Shown: in pieces, positions 31,423 to 45,865 of the stretch
Layout of the letters: the number at the start of each line of letters is the position of its first letter
How positions within the stretch are numbered: position 1 is the first letter of the stretch
Assembly (NCBI GenBank): GCA_951406725.2
Contig: OX597827.1
Span: 31,000,001-31,064,000 of the forward strand
Length of the DNA: 64,000 nucleotides
Direction of reading: 5' to 3'
From: Octopus vulgaris
Lineage: Eukaryota
Notes under the pieces: model-generated
Databases searched by the model: none
What the model was told of the DNA's origin: nothing
What the model saw: only the letters and a program-made list of their open reading frames with translations
Position numbers and translations under genes: made by a program

Positions 31423-31879
31423 TTTAAATATATATGCATATATATACATGTATGTTGTGATGTGTTTCTTTATTGGAAAACTCTTTTTCCGCCCCGTTTT
31501 GTTTGTTGGAAACTTTCCACTCATCCACTCAATTAATGAGAGATGATATGAACAGCAATGAACATCTTTATGACTTTATTTCCATTTTCTCAAATTACTG
31601 GGGTTTCTTTCCTATCTGCAACACTTTGATTGCACCATTTTTGCACCTTTCCTGTAAAATGTAGAAGAATCTTCTTGAACGCATTCTATTTACTTTTGAT
31701 ATTTATAATTCAGTTTAATTTGGCTGCAAGAGACAATTCATGTTCAAAATTAACTATAAAATTAAAATGAAATTAAATTAAATATAAAATTAAAATGTCT
31801 TCTTGTCCTCTATTGATATCTTACGGTAAAAAATACAGAAATCTGTTTGAGATTTTTGATATAAAAAATATCCATTTTT

Positions 31880-32588
31880 ATCATAAACCAAAAAAATGCC
31901 CACTACCAGGATCAGATGGTGAACACATAGAACAACCATTGTCTAGCCGTATCCTCAAAACATGTACCGAGAGTGATAAAAATCAAACCTCCACTCAACA
32001 TGATGGTGCTTGGAGTGATCACTAGTGATGGCGATGTTATGCCTCCATTCATCTTCCCACATGGCTTCAGACTCAACACGGAGGCCTACATCAAGTGCCT
32101 GGAGTAGTGCTGCCCAGGGTCAAGAGGGGGACTGCTGGAAGACCCTATGTCTGGCAACAGGACTCTGCACAATGCTACACAAGTAAGAGAACCCAGTCAT
32201 GGTTGTCAGACAATTTCTGCAACCATATCACCCCTAACATCTGGCTAACTCCCCAGGCTGCAACCCCCTTGATTATTATGTGTGGGGCACAGTTGAGTGA
32301 GAGACCAAAAAAAAAAACTCCTTGTTATATCAAAGATGAACTGAAGGCAAGGATTATGGCAGCATTCACCAACTTAAACAAGGAGACTGTCCAGAAGAGT
32401 TGCAGAAGATTCCAAAGTCGTCTGGAAGCTGTGGTTGAAACCAATGGTGATTTTATTGAATAAATTTACTCTTTAGTATTTCAAGATATTTTTATGTAAT
32501 TTTGGTAAATCTATCTGTAAAAATGAAATGTCAGTGTTACTTTAATTTTTGTGTAATTTAGACGACAATATATTCACCGCACCCTGTA
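31880..32588 (+). mobile_element. Tc1/mariner (maT/DD37D-like) transposase relic, 3' half with TIR
   Basis: VWQQDSA..ITPNIW..LEAVVETNGDFIE; ends caccctg-ta. Confidence 0.85.
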
Positions 32589-32615
32589 TATGTATATATA
32601 AATATATATATATAG

Positions 32616-32995
32616 GTGTATGAGTGGCTGTGTGGTAAGTAGCTTGTTCAGTCTGACTGCATGGCACCTTGGGCAAGTGTCTTCTACTATAGCCTCAGTT
32701 TGACCAGAGCCTTGTGAGTGGATTTGGTAGACGGAAACTGAAAGAAGCCCGTCGTATATATGTATATATATGTGTGTGTGTGTGTGTGTATATGTTTGTG
32801 TGTCTGTGTTTGTCCCCCAACATCGCTTGACAACCAATGCTGGTGTATTTACGTCACCGTAACTTAGCAGTTCAGCAAAAGCGACCGATAGAATAAGTAC
32901 TAGGCTTACAAAGAATAAGTCCTGGGGTCGATTTGCTCGACTAAAGGCGGTGCTCCAGTATGGCCACAGTCAAATGACTGAAACAAGTAAAATAG
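32616..32995 (+). mobile_element. tRNA-derived SINE, near full length, with internal (TG)n
   Basis: ggctgtgtggtaagtagc head; ends gtcaaatgactgaaacaagtaaaa. Confidence 0.85.
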
Positions 32996-33001
32996 TAATA
33001 G

Positions 33002-33145
<144 letters not shown>

Positions 33146-33261
33146 CTATTTACTATACTATTACCCTCCTTCTTTCCTTCTTTCCTGAGCGTCCAATAAT
33201 ACTATATTTGTTCCACGTCCTTGCGTTGTTGTGTTTTTTTGTGCTTTTTGTTTGGATTAAC

Positions 33262-33304
<43 letters not shown>

Positions 33305-33328
33305 TTTAATATATTATATATATATATA

Positions 33329-34150
33329 TACAGGGTGCATAAGATATTTGAGGACAGATTTATGTTTATAAAAAGCAGATATATAATGGCAGATAACTTT
33401 ATTTATAAAAATATCATATGAGGATAAAAATAAACCTTCTTTTCTATAATGTTATTCAATAAAGCCACCTTCAGCTTCAACAACTGCTTCTATATGAGAT
33501 CTAAATCATCTACATGCTCGAATCAAGTGATCCTGGTTCATTTTGGACATTACTCTGACTATGGCAGTTTTCAAAGGATCGTTGGTGTTATGGGCGTGTT
33601 CATTGACCTCTCTTTCAACAACACTCCGCATGTAATAGTCCAATGGATTGGGATATGAGGAATTAAGAGGCCAAATGTTAGGGGTTATGTGATCATGAAA
33701 ATTTTCAGCCAACCATCCCTGTGTTACTAGAGCCATGTATGAGAGTGCAGAGACTTACTGGAACCCATATGGCCTTCCATTGCATACACTGTCTATCCAG
33801 GACTTAACAATTATTCCCAGGACCTCAATGTAGGCAGCAGAGTTAACTCTAAAGCCTTGTGGAAAGAAGTAAGGAGGCACCACATGTCCTTCATTGCTGA
33901 CAACCCTTAAAACCATGATAGTTGCAGGAAATTTTGTATGCATAACACTTGGAACTTAAGAAGGGTCTGCACATAACCATCTGTCATTTCTTCTGTTAAC
34001 TTTTTGATCTTGATGGAAGTGTTTCTCATTTGAGAAAAACCAAATCAAATCTTCCTCTGCTGGATTTTTCAGTTTGTTTGAGAGCCTTTTAGATCTGATG
34101 TAGTGATTTTCTTTTGCTTTTTCTGACAAATTGACCTTTCCTTGTCATAT
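33329..34150 (-). mobile_element. Tc1/mariner (maT-like) relic
   Basis: TKFPATIMVL.VVSNEG, ITPNIWPLNSSYPNPLDYY; ta-cagggtgc terminus. Confidence 0.82.
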
Positions 34151-34699
34151 AAAACTTGGTAAATGATGAAAAAATATGCTATTATTTTGTAATGAACAGT
34201 GTAATGTTAGATGTAGATCATATGCAGAGAGGTGTATATATATAATTGTTAAATGGACTTTTACCAAAATGTATATGCCATTATTTTTTTGCTTTTCTGT
34301 ACAAGACTGTGAGTCAGTCTCTTTAAAACTACCAAAAAATAGCAGCTGGAAATTAGGAATAACTATAGCAGAACAACAAAGACAAAATTGCTCATGTTCC
34401 AGCCTTAATAGAAAGCAATCCTGCTGTCTTATATATATGCACATTGTTATACACATCTCTTCCTTTACTTGTTTCAGCCATTTGGCTGTGCCCCAGCTGG
34501 GGAATCACCTTGAAGAATTTTTGTCAAATAAATCAACATGAGAACTAATTTGCTTTAACACCTGATATTTATTCTATTGGTCTGTTTACCAAATAGGGAT
34601 GTAAAGACACCAACACCAGTTGTTAAGCAGTGGTGGGAAACACCCACACATGCACACACACACACACACACACACATGCACACACTTGTATATAAACTT

Positions 34700-35720
34700 G
34701 GCTTTGCGAAAATCCTGTTACACTCGTTACAATGCTCTCAACAAAGGACACAAAGATAGTTTTGATGCAGCTAGACATGTTTTTATTGTTTTAACTTACA
34801 AATATATGTTTAAATATCACTATTAATCAATGTGACTGCCCTCGGCAGTGAGCACATGCTCCAGGCGAGACCTGAAGGCCGCACACACATTACGAAGGAA
34901 GTCCTTTCTCATGTTGGCCCACAGGCAGTTGACAGACCTTGCCCTCAACATGCACCCACACATTATAGTCAAGGGAGTTGGGGATGGGCAACTGCAGCAG
35001 CCAAAAGTCCTTTGACCAGAGGTTCATGTTTGACCCTAACCACTCTTGCACAGCCTTGGCCAATTGGACTGGGGCACTGTCCTGCTGAAAGATGTAGTCA
35101 GCCTTCTTTGTGATCTTTCTCACCCAGAACAGGACTTTCGTACCCAAGATATCCCTGTAGTCAGCCCCAGTGAGCCTGTAACTGGCTATGAACCACACCA
35201 GCAACATCTTCCCACCATTTGAGCCCACAATGCCCAACATCATCATGGAGGCCAGGTGCTTGGTCATAAACACATAACAAACCTTGGAGACATCCTGGCC
35301 AAAGCTGACCATGCAGTTGTTCTACTTGTAAACAACCGATTAACTCTGAAGGTTTTTCATCAGAAAAATGAGAATTCGATTACCATGACAGTCAAGACAT
35401 TGAGAAGGCAACAACAGCACTCCCGACATTGTTCTCATAAATGGTTGATGAGCAGAGGCTTTTCCACACACCTTAAGCTCTTGCCACCCTCCTCCTTGAT
35501 GGCCCTGGACACCATGGCCACCAAGAAGTTGTTGTTCTTTGTGAGTGCAGTCATTTTCAGCTTCAGATCACTTTTGAGAGCCTTTCTTACAGTCAAATGG
35601 TTCACAAATTTAGGTCTGCCTGATTGAGGTTGATCTTCATGAGACAGTGTGCTGACTGACATCACTGTGTTTGCTTTGTAAGTTTTAAAACATGTGTTTT
35701 TGTTTTGTAATCTCATGTGT
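34700..35720 (-). mobile_element. Tc1/mariner relic
   Basis: SGRPKF, YIFQQDSAP and NSLDYNVW motifs across broken frames. Confidence 0.78.
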
Positions 35721-36732
35721 GCTGTAGTCTGTGATTTTATCATTGGCAGAAGTTGGAACAAAGAGCATTAAACTGGGGAAGTCTGTTACAAAGATATTGA
35801 GCATGCTTCAGCAAGCTTACGACAACAAAACAATGTTTCAAGTGGCATGGGCTCTTCAAATATGGAAGAACATTCCTGGTAGATGATGAGCAGTCTGGAA
35901 GGTCTGCCATGAGTGTCACCCTTGAAAATATGTGGTGATTCCTCAGCTTGTGCATGAAGATCATTGGAGGACAATCGATGACATTACTGATGTTGTTGGT
36001 TTGTCATATGGGTCTGTACAGACAATCCTAATGTCTGAATTGAACATGTGACATGTCCGTCAAATTTGTCCCCCACCTGCTGACGACTGAGCAGAAAGAT
36101 CTCGATCAGTGTGCCACTGACGACCCATCCTTCATGTTGAGGATTATCACTGGTGATGAGAGTTAGGTCTACAGGTACAACCCTGAGACAATACAGCAGT
36201 CATCACAATGGAAGAACCCTTCATCTCCACAATTGAAGAAAGCATGACAGAGCCTCAGCGCAATCAAGAGAATGCTCATAGATTTTTGTGACATCTGCTT
36301 TATTGTGCATCAAGAATTCATTCCCCAGAGCCACATCCTCAATCGACAGTTCTACTGTGATGTTTTTGAAGCATTTGAGGGAGAACATTTAGCAAAAGCA
36401 ACTGAATCTCTTGAACACAAAGAATTGAATTCTTCATAACGACAATGCACCCTGTCACTGAGATCTCTTCATTCATGAGTTTCTCACCAAAAACAGAATG
36501 GTATCGCTTCCGCATCTTTGGACTTCCATCTCTCTTCCAAGATGAAAATGCAGCTCAAAAGTCGACGTTTTAACTCCATTGTCGAAATCCAGAGTGAATT
36601 GTTGAAGACAACTTCACTTACAGAAAACAACTTCCAGGCAAGATTCCAAAAGTGGTAGGAATGCTGAGATTGGTGTATTGCATCATGAGGTGACTGTTTC
36701 GAAGGAGAAGATTATTAAAATTTAGGTAAATA

Positions 36733-36996
36733 AGTTTGCCGACATAACATGGCAATCCTGGTTTAGGACTAATGTTGCTGTAATTTAGCCCCAGGAGACA
36801 CCGTCTCCAGCTGGCTATACGACACGATCTGTGGCATTTTCAAACAAGGGAATGTAGCACCCCCACTAAGCTCAAAACAATATCTGTGTATCGCGATTTC
36901 TGGGTTATTTCTCTTCATCAACACAGAATGTCTCCTGGGGATAAATTACAGCAACATTAGTCCTAAACCAGGACTGCCATGTTATGTTGGCAAACA
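36733..36996. mobile_element. Small element with ~67-bp inverted ends enclosing a hammerhead motif
   Basis: gtttgccgacataacatggc..ccccaggagaca and tgtctcctgggg..gccatgttatgttggcaaac. Confidence 0.8.
36883..36927 (-). ncRNA. Minimal hammerhead motif, partly decayed
   Basis: Minus strand: tctgtg TTGATGA agagaaataaccca GAAA tcgcga TA cacaga. Confidence 0.55.
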
Positions 36997-37189
36997 ATCT
37001 TTACTACAAAGTACTGAATATCTCACATTGTGAGATTTAAAAATAGTCATTTTCTGAGTTATGTTTTATTAAACATAACTAATGCAGGAACATTTTTGAT
37101 GCCACCTCATATATGCAGCTACACACATCAATAACAACTGAATGCTTTCCTTTCCACTCTGTAGAAATAAAATGCTTTCATTTATATAA

Positions 37190-37815
37190 AATTTAATCGA
37201 TATGTGCCAAGTTTTGAACTCAACATGCAGGGACCAAGTGTTCTGAAGCCAATGCACACACATGCTGATTTTTAAAACAAGGTGCATGCAGTAGCTTTTG
37301 CACACACTGTGTATGCACCAAGTTTTGAATCCAATATGCACATACCAAGTTTTTGAGTCAGTGTGCATGCTTTATGTTTGGACAGCATGCACATGCAACA
37401 AGTTTTGAAGCCAATTTGCATGTTCTATGTTCTAATGCCAATGTGCATTATCTGAGTATTAAACCTAATGCACACACACCAAGCTTTTTAGCCAATATGC
37501 ATGCACCAAGCTGTCACCTTTCTGCATATTTGCCAAGTTTACATTTAAATATGCATGCACCAAATTTACAACCTGCTGCACATTCACAAAGTTTTCAACC
37601 TAAATATTTAGGTAGAAAACTTGCATGAGTCAAATTTTGATATATAAATTTATATGCACCGGGATTTGTTGCTAATGCCATTTCTGCAGGCCATAGATTT
37701 TGTACATACAACTACACATGTGCCAAATTTTCTAACCAAAGAACATTCAACAAGATTTGTATACAGTATGCAAGCTCTCCAGGACTTGAAAGAAATATGT
37801 GTGCCAAGTTCTATA
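37190..37815. repeat. Old degenerate minisatellite (~25-30-bp unit atgcaca..ccaagttttgaa)
   Basis: Recurrent ccaagtttt and atgca motifs. Confidence 0.6.
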
Positions 37816-37840
37816 CCCATTGTGTGTGTGTGTGTGTGTA

Positions 37841-37904
<64 letters not shown>

Positions 37905-37905
<1 letters not shown>

Positions 37906-38190
37906 CTATATATATAAAACTGAGAATGTGTGTCTGTCTATGTGAATCCCTAAAACTTGAGAACTACACAACCAATTTCATTCAAATTTTACACATGCCT
38001 TACTTAGGGTCCATGTAGTGTCATGGGCAAAAAAATTTAACTTCTTGCCTAGTGCAAGCCCACAGCAATATCATATCTTCTCCACTATGTTAAAAGTGTT
38101 AAAGTGAAACAAAAACATCTCTCAATTGTAATGTCAGATGCTTTCACTTTAATACTGTAACTATTAAAGTCAAACTATTATATAAGAAGG
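37905..38190 (+). mobile_element. Non-autonomous Helitron-like 5' end
   Basis: a|tctatatatataaaa start followed by tgtctgtct and accaatttcattcaaatttt. Confidence 0.5.
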
Positions 38191-38326
38191 ATGAACTATT
38201 AAGAGTGGACATCCATTTTGCTAGAAGAAGATCTGCTATAGTCTTATATGTTACACCACTGGTTTTCAATTCATATTAATCAAATTAATATTCAATTTTT
38301 CAGCCTTATTAATTTAAATTTAAATT

Positions 38327-38379
<53 letters not shown>

Positions 38380-38404
38380 ACATATAGAAATATATATATA
38401 GTTG

Positions 38405-39461
<1,057 letters not shown>

Positions 39462-39480
39462 GTATATACATGGATGTATA

Positions 39481-39660
39481 CTCTTTTACTTGTTTCAGTC
39501 ATTTGACTGCAGCCATGCTGGAGCAGCGCCTTTAATCGAGCAACTCGACCCCGGGACTTATTCTATTGATCTCTTTTGCCGAACTGCTAAGTGACGGGGA
39601 CATAAACACACCAGCATCAGTTGTCAAGCAATGCTAGGGGGACAAACAGACACACAAACA
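39481..39660 (-). mobile_element. tRNA-derived SINE 3' half
   Basis: Reverse complement of 32800-32995. Confidence 0.8.
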
Positions 39661-39695
39661 TAGACGCACACACACACACACACACACACATATAT

Positions 39696-39733
<38 letters not shown>

Positions 39734-39771
39734 GAAAGAAGGTTTGAAAATGCAATTTAAAAGATGTTTAT

Positions 39772-39816
39772 TTACTTAACCGGTTTCACTCTTTGGAAAA
39801 AGATTGTCAAAAGTAA
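39772..39816 (-). ncRNA. Minimal hammerhead (U3-A8 variant), left arm
   Basis: Reverse complement of 43910-43954. Confidence 0.68.
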
Positions 39817-40749
39817 CATATGGAAGTTTGGTTGCGTTAATTATTGGTTGTTGCAAATTGCCACATTACATGTATATATACAGTCTTTGGTAAGAGGGAC
39901 ATGTTAAGGACATAAAAAGTACAACAGTATGATGAGAATATTTGAAAAAATGGGTAGAAAAGAATAAAACAAAAAGATTATTGGAAGTTTGGTTGCGTTA
40001 ATTATTGGTTGTTGCAAATTGCCACATTACATGTATATATACAGTCTTTGGTAACAGGGACATGTTAAGGACATAAAAAAGTACAACAGTATGATGAGAA
40101 TATTTGAAAAAATGGGCAGAAAAGATTAAAACAAATATATTATACATCTCAGGGTCAGTACAGAATATTATGAATTCAAGGCGAGGTTGTTTACTGACCT
40201 GTCCGTTTTAGCAGAAATGTAGAATTGAAAAAGATGTACCCGTTTTTTTCTTTTTTTGGCTTTCCTTCAAGCATCAATGATTTTGGGGTTAGGATGAGGT
40301 GAATATGTGTGTCCCTGCGTGTATGTGTGCGTGCATACACATACATGTGGTGTGAATAGATGTGCCTGTGTGTCTGTAGTATTTGGTCAGATGGCGTCTG
40401 TTTGTCAAGTGTGTGTGGTTGTCATGGTGTTGTGTGTGCGTGAGTGTGCGTGTGTGTGCATGTGTACGCATGCATGAGTGTGGATGGCATTTGACATGGT
40501 GCTGCGTGTGTATATATGTGCCTGTATGGAGGTGAGACTGGTGTGAGTGTGCGTCCCCCTGTGTGCGTGCACACACACGTATACAAGCGTCTGCGTGTGT
40601 GTGGGGGCTGTTTTTGAATGGTTCCAGGGTGGCGAAAATAGATGTGTGTTGTTTAAAGAATTTTTTGGGGTAGGATGGTGTGTGTATATATGCGTGCCCG
40701 CCCGTGCGCGTCTACGCGTGTGTGCGGGCCATACACACACACTACATAT

Positions 40750-40782
<33 letters not shown>

Positions 40783-41896
40783 TATCTCACCCCCCACACA
40801 CACAACACACACACACACATAATATACAAACACACAACACACACACACACAACACACAACTATAACATATATTTATATATAATATGCACACATATAACAC
40901 ACACACACAACACACACAACACATGCACACATACATACATAATATAAATACAACACAAATACACCTAACACATATATACATACAATACACATACACAGCA
41001 TATATATAATACACAGACACAATATATACATATAACATACATACACAATACATACATATAATATATATATATGGACAATGCATATACATATATACATATA
41101 TACATATATATAGTGTTTACATACACATACATAAATATACCACATATACACACAATATACATACATACAATGTATACATATACACATACGCATACATATA
41201 ACATATATATATATAACATACACATACACAATGCATACATATATATACATGCAATGTATATATATGTATTCATGCATATATAACACACATACAATATACA
41301 TATATACAATGCATATATACACATACATATACACATAATGTACACATACATATACAACACACATACATATAATATACATATACACAATGAACATGCATAT
41401 AATGCACATATATATACACACACATATATATATATATTCACACATATACACATACATATATATATAATGCACCCACACACACCAAATACATAAATATAGC
41501 GTACACACACATATATATCTACATACCACACACACACACACAAACAATGTACTCACATATACACATATACAATGCATATACACACACAACACACACATAT
41601 ATACATATATATAAAACATATACACATATAAATACATACACACACACAATGCACACACACACACACACGCGCACACACACACACACACAACGCACACACA
41701 CAACCCACACAACACTCACATACATACATAACATACATATATATAATGCATGCGTGTGCGTGCCGCGTATGTGTGTGGTCAATGCTCGCTAGTGTGCCCT
41801 ATGTGTGCCGATGCGTGCATGTGTCCGCCCGCATGATATGTTGCGAGTGTGCGCATGTCCCTGTGTGCTTGCTCTGGATGTGTGCCTAGGGGGTAT

Positions 41897-42410
41897 GTTA
41901 GAGTATGTTTAGTTGTGGTCTGTATTTTTGAATAAGATTACTTTCCCTATTTATTCGTGTTTGGTCTGTTGTGTTGTCCGAGCATTGGTATAGTGGGAAG
42001 ACTAAGAATTTGGGGGACTTATTGTGTGCACAAAGGTCTAAGTGTCCACTTAGTGGTATCTGTCTTGTGGAGGGGTCCCTCAGTTGTTGTCAGTGAACTG
42101 TCATTCTTTCTCCGAGGGTAAGGCTCGTTTGCCCTATGTAGTCTTCGTGGCATCCTTCACACCTTATGACGTAGAGTAAATTTTTTGATGCGCATGTGAA
42201 ATTATTTTTTATGATGAATGTGTGTCCCGAGCGGAACTTGTATGTCGATCCCTCAATGAGGTGGATGCAAGTCCTGCAGTTGGGGCGACCACATTTTTTG
42301 ATGGTGGGCGGTGGGTTTGTGTTGTGTAATTTTGCGTTGGTGAGGAGGTTTTTTAGGGATTTAGGTTGTCTCTTACTTTTTATTATTTTATGAGCTGCCA
42401 GTAATTTTTT
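41897..42410 (-). pseudogene. PLE GIY-YIG endonuclease domain with one in-frame TGA (not shown in the ORF track)
   Basis: Manual translation KRQPKSLKNLLTNAKL..KKCGRPNCRTC..NLLYVIRCEGCHEDYIGQT..H*QQ..LSGHLDLC..YRPQLNIL, homologous to ORF 6953..7621. Confidence 0.85.
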
Positions 42411-43909
42411 GTATGTGTATTGTATGTATATATGTGTTAGGTGTATTTGTGTTGTATTTATATTATGTATGTATGTGTGCGTGTGTTGTGTGTGTGTGTG
42501 TGTTGTGTGTGTATGTGTTGTGTGTGTGTGTTATATGTGTGTATATTATATATAAATATATGTTATAGTTGTGTGTTGTATGTGTGTATTATATATGTGT
42601 GTACGTTGTGTGTGTGTGTGTTCTGTATGTGTGTGTGTTGTGTGTGTGTGTGTTGTGTGTGTGTATATTATGTGTGTGTGTTGTGTGTGTGTGTGGGGGG
42701 GTGAGATATGTGTGTGTGTGTGTATGATGTGTGTGTGTGTGTGTATATATGTAGTGTGTGTGTATGGCCCGCACACACGCGTAGACGCGCACGCACGGGC
42801 GGGTACTCATATATACACACACCATCCTACCCCCAAAAATTCTTTAAACAACACACATCTATTTTCGCCACCCTGGAACCATTCAAAAACAGCCCCCACA
42901 CACACGCAGACGCTTGTATACGTGTGTGTGCATGCACACAGGGACACGCACACTCACACCAGTCTCACCTCCATACAGGCACATATATACACACGCAGCA
43001 CCATGTCAAATGCCATCCACACTCATGCATGCGTACACACGCACGCACACACACACACGCACACACACACATGCACACACACACACACAACACCATGACA
43101 ACCACACACACTTGACAAACAGATGCCATCTAACCAAATACTACAGACACACAGGCACATCTATTCACACCACATGTATGTGTATGCACACACACATACA
43201 CGCAGGGACACACATATTCACCTCATCCTAACCCCAAAATCATTGATGCTTGAAGGAAAGCCAAAAAAAGAAAAAAACGGGTACATCTTTTTCAATTCTA
43301 CATTTCTGCTAAAACGGACAGGTCAGTAAACAACCTCGCCTTGAGTTCATAATATTCTGTACTGACCCTGAGATGTATAATATATTTGTTTTAATCTTTT
43401 CTGCCCATTTTTTCAAATATTCTCATCATACTGTTGTACTTTTTTATGTCCTTAACATGTCCCTGTTACCAAAGACTGTATATATACATGTAATGTGGCA
43501 ATTTGCAACAACCAATAATTAACGCAACCAAACTTCCAATAATATATTTGTTTTATTCTTTTCTGCCCATTTTTTCAAATATTCTCATCATACTGTTGTA
43601 CTTTTTTATGTCCTTAACATGTCCCTGTTACCAAAGACTGTATATATACATGTAATGTGGCAATTATGTAAATTTTTTTGAATTCATAATATTCTGTACT
43701 GAACTTTTTTTGATATTTCCTCCTGGAAATTACCCTGAGATGTATAATATATTTGTTTTAATCTTTTCTGCCCATTTTTTCAAATATTCTCATCATACTG
43801 TTGTACTTTTTTATGTCCTTAACATGTCCCTGTTACCAAAGACTGTATATATACATGTAATGTGGCAATTTGCAACAACCAATAATTAACGCAACCAAAC
43901 TTCCATATG

Positions 43910-43954
43910 TTACTTTTGACAATCTTTTTCCAAAGAGTGAAACCGGTTAAGTAA
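43910..43954 (+). ncRNA. Minimal hammerhead (U3-A8 variant), right arm
   Basis: ttactt TTGACAA tcttt ttcc aaagagt GAAA ccgg TT aagtaa. Confidence 0.68.
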
Positions 43955-44052
43955 ATAAATATCTTTTAAATTGCATTTTCAAACCTTCTTTCTTATATAA
44001 TTCCACTCGTGCGATACCCCACAACTCAACTTTGTTATATATATATATATAT

Positions 44053-44199
44053 ACGATGGGCTTCTTTTCAGTTTCCATCTACCAAATCCACCCGAGGCTA
44101 TAGCAGAAGACACTTGCCCAAGGTGCCACGCAGTGGGACTGAACCCGGAACCATGTGGTTGATAAACAAGCTACTTACCACACAGCCACTCCTGCGCCT
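44053..44199 (-). mobile_element. tRNA-derived SINE 5' half
   Basis: Reverse complement of ggcgcaggagtggctgtgtggtaagtagc..gggttcagtcccac. Confidence 0.85.
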
Positions 44200-44224
44200 A
44201 TTATTATATATATATATATATATG

Positions 44225-45865
44225 TTGGGTCAGGTAATGAAGGTTACGGAGAGGGTCATAGCCTAACTAATTAGAGAGAGAGTTAGTTTAGATGAGATGC
44301 AGTTTGGGTTCATGCCAGGGAAAAGTACCACTGATGCTATATTCCTGGTAAGGCAGCTGCAGGTGAAATACCTAGCCAAAGATAAGCCCCTGTACCTGGC
44401 TTTTGTTGACATGGAGAAAGCCTTTGACAGGGTCCCCCGATCCCTTATCTGGTGGTCAATGAGGAAACTAGGGATAGATGAATGGTTAGTGAGAGCTGTG
44501 TGAGCCATGTACAGGGACGCCGCTAGTAAGGTGAGGGTTGGCAACGAGTACAGTGAAGAATTCTGGGTAGAGACAGGGGTCCACCAAGGCTCAGTCCTCA
44601 GCCCCCTCCTATTTATCAATCCAGAACGGAGGAATTCAAGACAGGATGCCCCTGGGAGCTCCTCTATGCTGATGACCTTGCTCTAATTGCTGAGTCACTA
44701 TCAGAACTGGAGGCGAAGTTTCAGGTGTGGAAGCAAGGATTAGAATCGAAGGGCCTTCGAGTCAATCTAGCTAAAACCAAAGTCCTAATAAGTAGAAAGG
44801 TAGACAAATCACAAACGCCTTCAGGTAGATGGCCTTGCTCAATCTGTAGGAAAGGTGTAGATAGAAACTCTATAAGATGCACCAAGTGTAAGCTATGGAC
44901 ACATAAGAGGTGCAGCAATGTCAATGGAAGGCTAACTAGGAAGATAGTTTTTGTATGTGGCAGATGCTCAGGAGCAATAAACACTGAAAATGCTCTGAGA
45001 CCAACTTCTGCCATATTCCAGGGAGAAAAACTAGAAATAGTTGATAGCTTCCGTTACCTAGGTGACCAAGTCAGTAGCGGGGGCGGGTGTGCTGAAAGTG
45101 TAACTGCTAGAGTAAGAATAGCTTGGGCAAAGTTCAGAGAGCTCTTACCTCTGCTGGTGACAAAAGGCCTCTCGCTCAGAGTAAAAGGCAGACTGTATGA
45201 CGCGTGTGTACGAACAGCCATGCTACATGGCAGTGAAACATGGGCTGTGACTGCTGAGGATATGCGTAAGCTCGCAAGAAATGAAGCCAGTATGATCCGA
45301 TGGATGTGTAATGTCAGTGTTCATACTCGACAGAGTGTAAGTACCTTGAGAGAAAAGCTGGACCTAAGAAGCATCAGTTGTGGTGTGCAAGAGAGACGTT
45401 TGCGCTGGTATGGTCAAGTGGCAAGAATGGATGAAGATAGTTGTGTGAAAAAGTGCCACACCCTAGCAGTTGAGGGAACCCGTGGAAGAGGCAGACCCAG
45501 GAAAACCTGGGACGAGGTGGTGAAGCACGACCTTCGAACTTTAGGTCTCACCGAGGAAATGACTAGAGACCGAGACCTCTGGAAGTATGCTGTGCATGAG
45601 AAGACCCGGCAGGACAAGTGAGACCATAACCCGTGGCCTCTACATGGGATGTAGCCAGTCCACTTATGCATACCTTTCCTTCTTGGGACACAAAACTCTG
45701 CTTGTGAAGACCTGTTGAGGCAAGTGAAAATCTAAATCGATCGACATCAATGGAAATTGCAGCTGTGATACAAGTGCCGGTGGTACGTAAAAGAACCATC
45801 TGAACGTGCCCGTTGCCAGCGCTGCCCCGACTGGCCTCGTGCCGGTGGCACGTAAAAAGCACCAT
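44225..45865 (+). mobile_element. RTE LINE, 5'-truncated and degenerate
   Basis: QFGFMPGKST, FVDMEKAFD, YADD; ORF 44725..45621; highly similar to 1-1300. Confidence 0.93.

Larger units (their letters stand above)
35730..37112 (+). mobile_element. mariner (DD34D-like) relic interrupted near its 3' end
   Basis: atcactggtgatgag (ITGDE), cttcataacgacaatgca (LHNDNA); terminus ttttgatgccacctcata at ~37095-37112. Confidence 0.78.
39733..44035 (-). mobile_element. Penelope-like element (Neptune-like): GIY-YIG remnant, ~2-kb low-complexity 3' UTR and inverted 3' copy (42411-44035)
   Basis: Arms 39733-40995 and 42411-43993 are reverse complements; the central block encodes GIY-YIG. Confidence 0.88.

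Noticed and set aside
42090-42092. In-frame TGA in PLE GIY-YIG as possible selenocysteine
   Set aside because: Aligns with CGA (Arg, HRQQ) in the paralog at ~7041, not with Cys; simple CpG decay.
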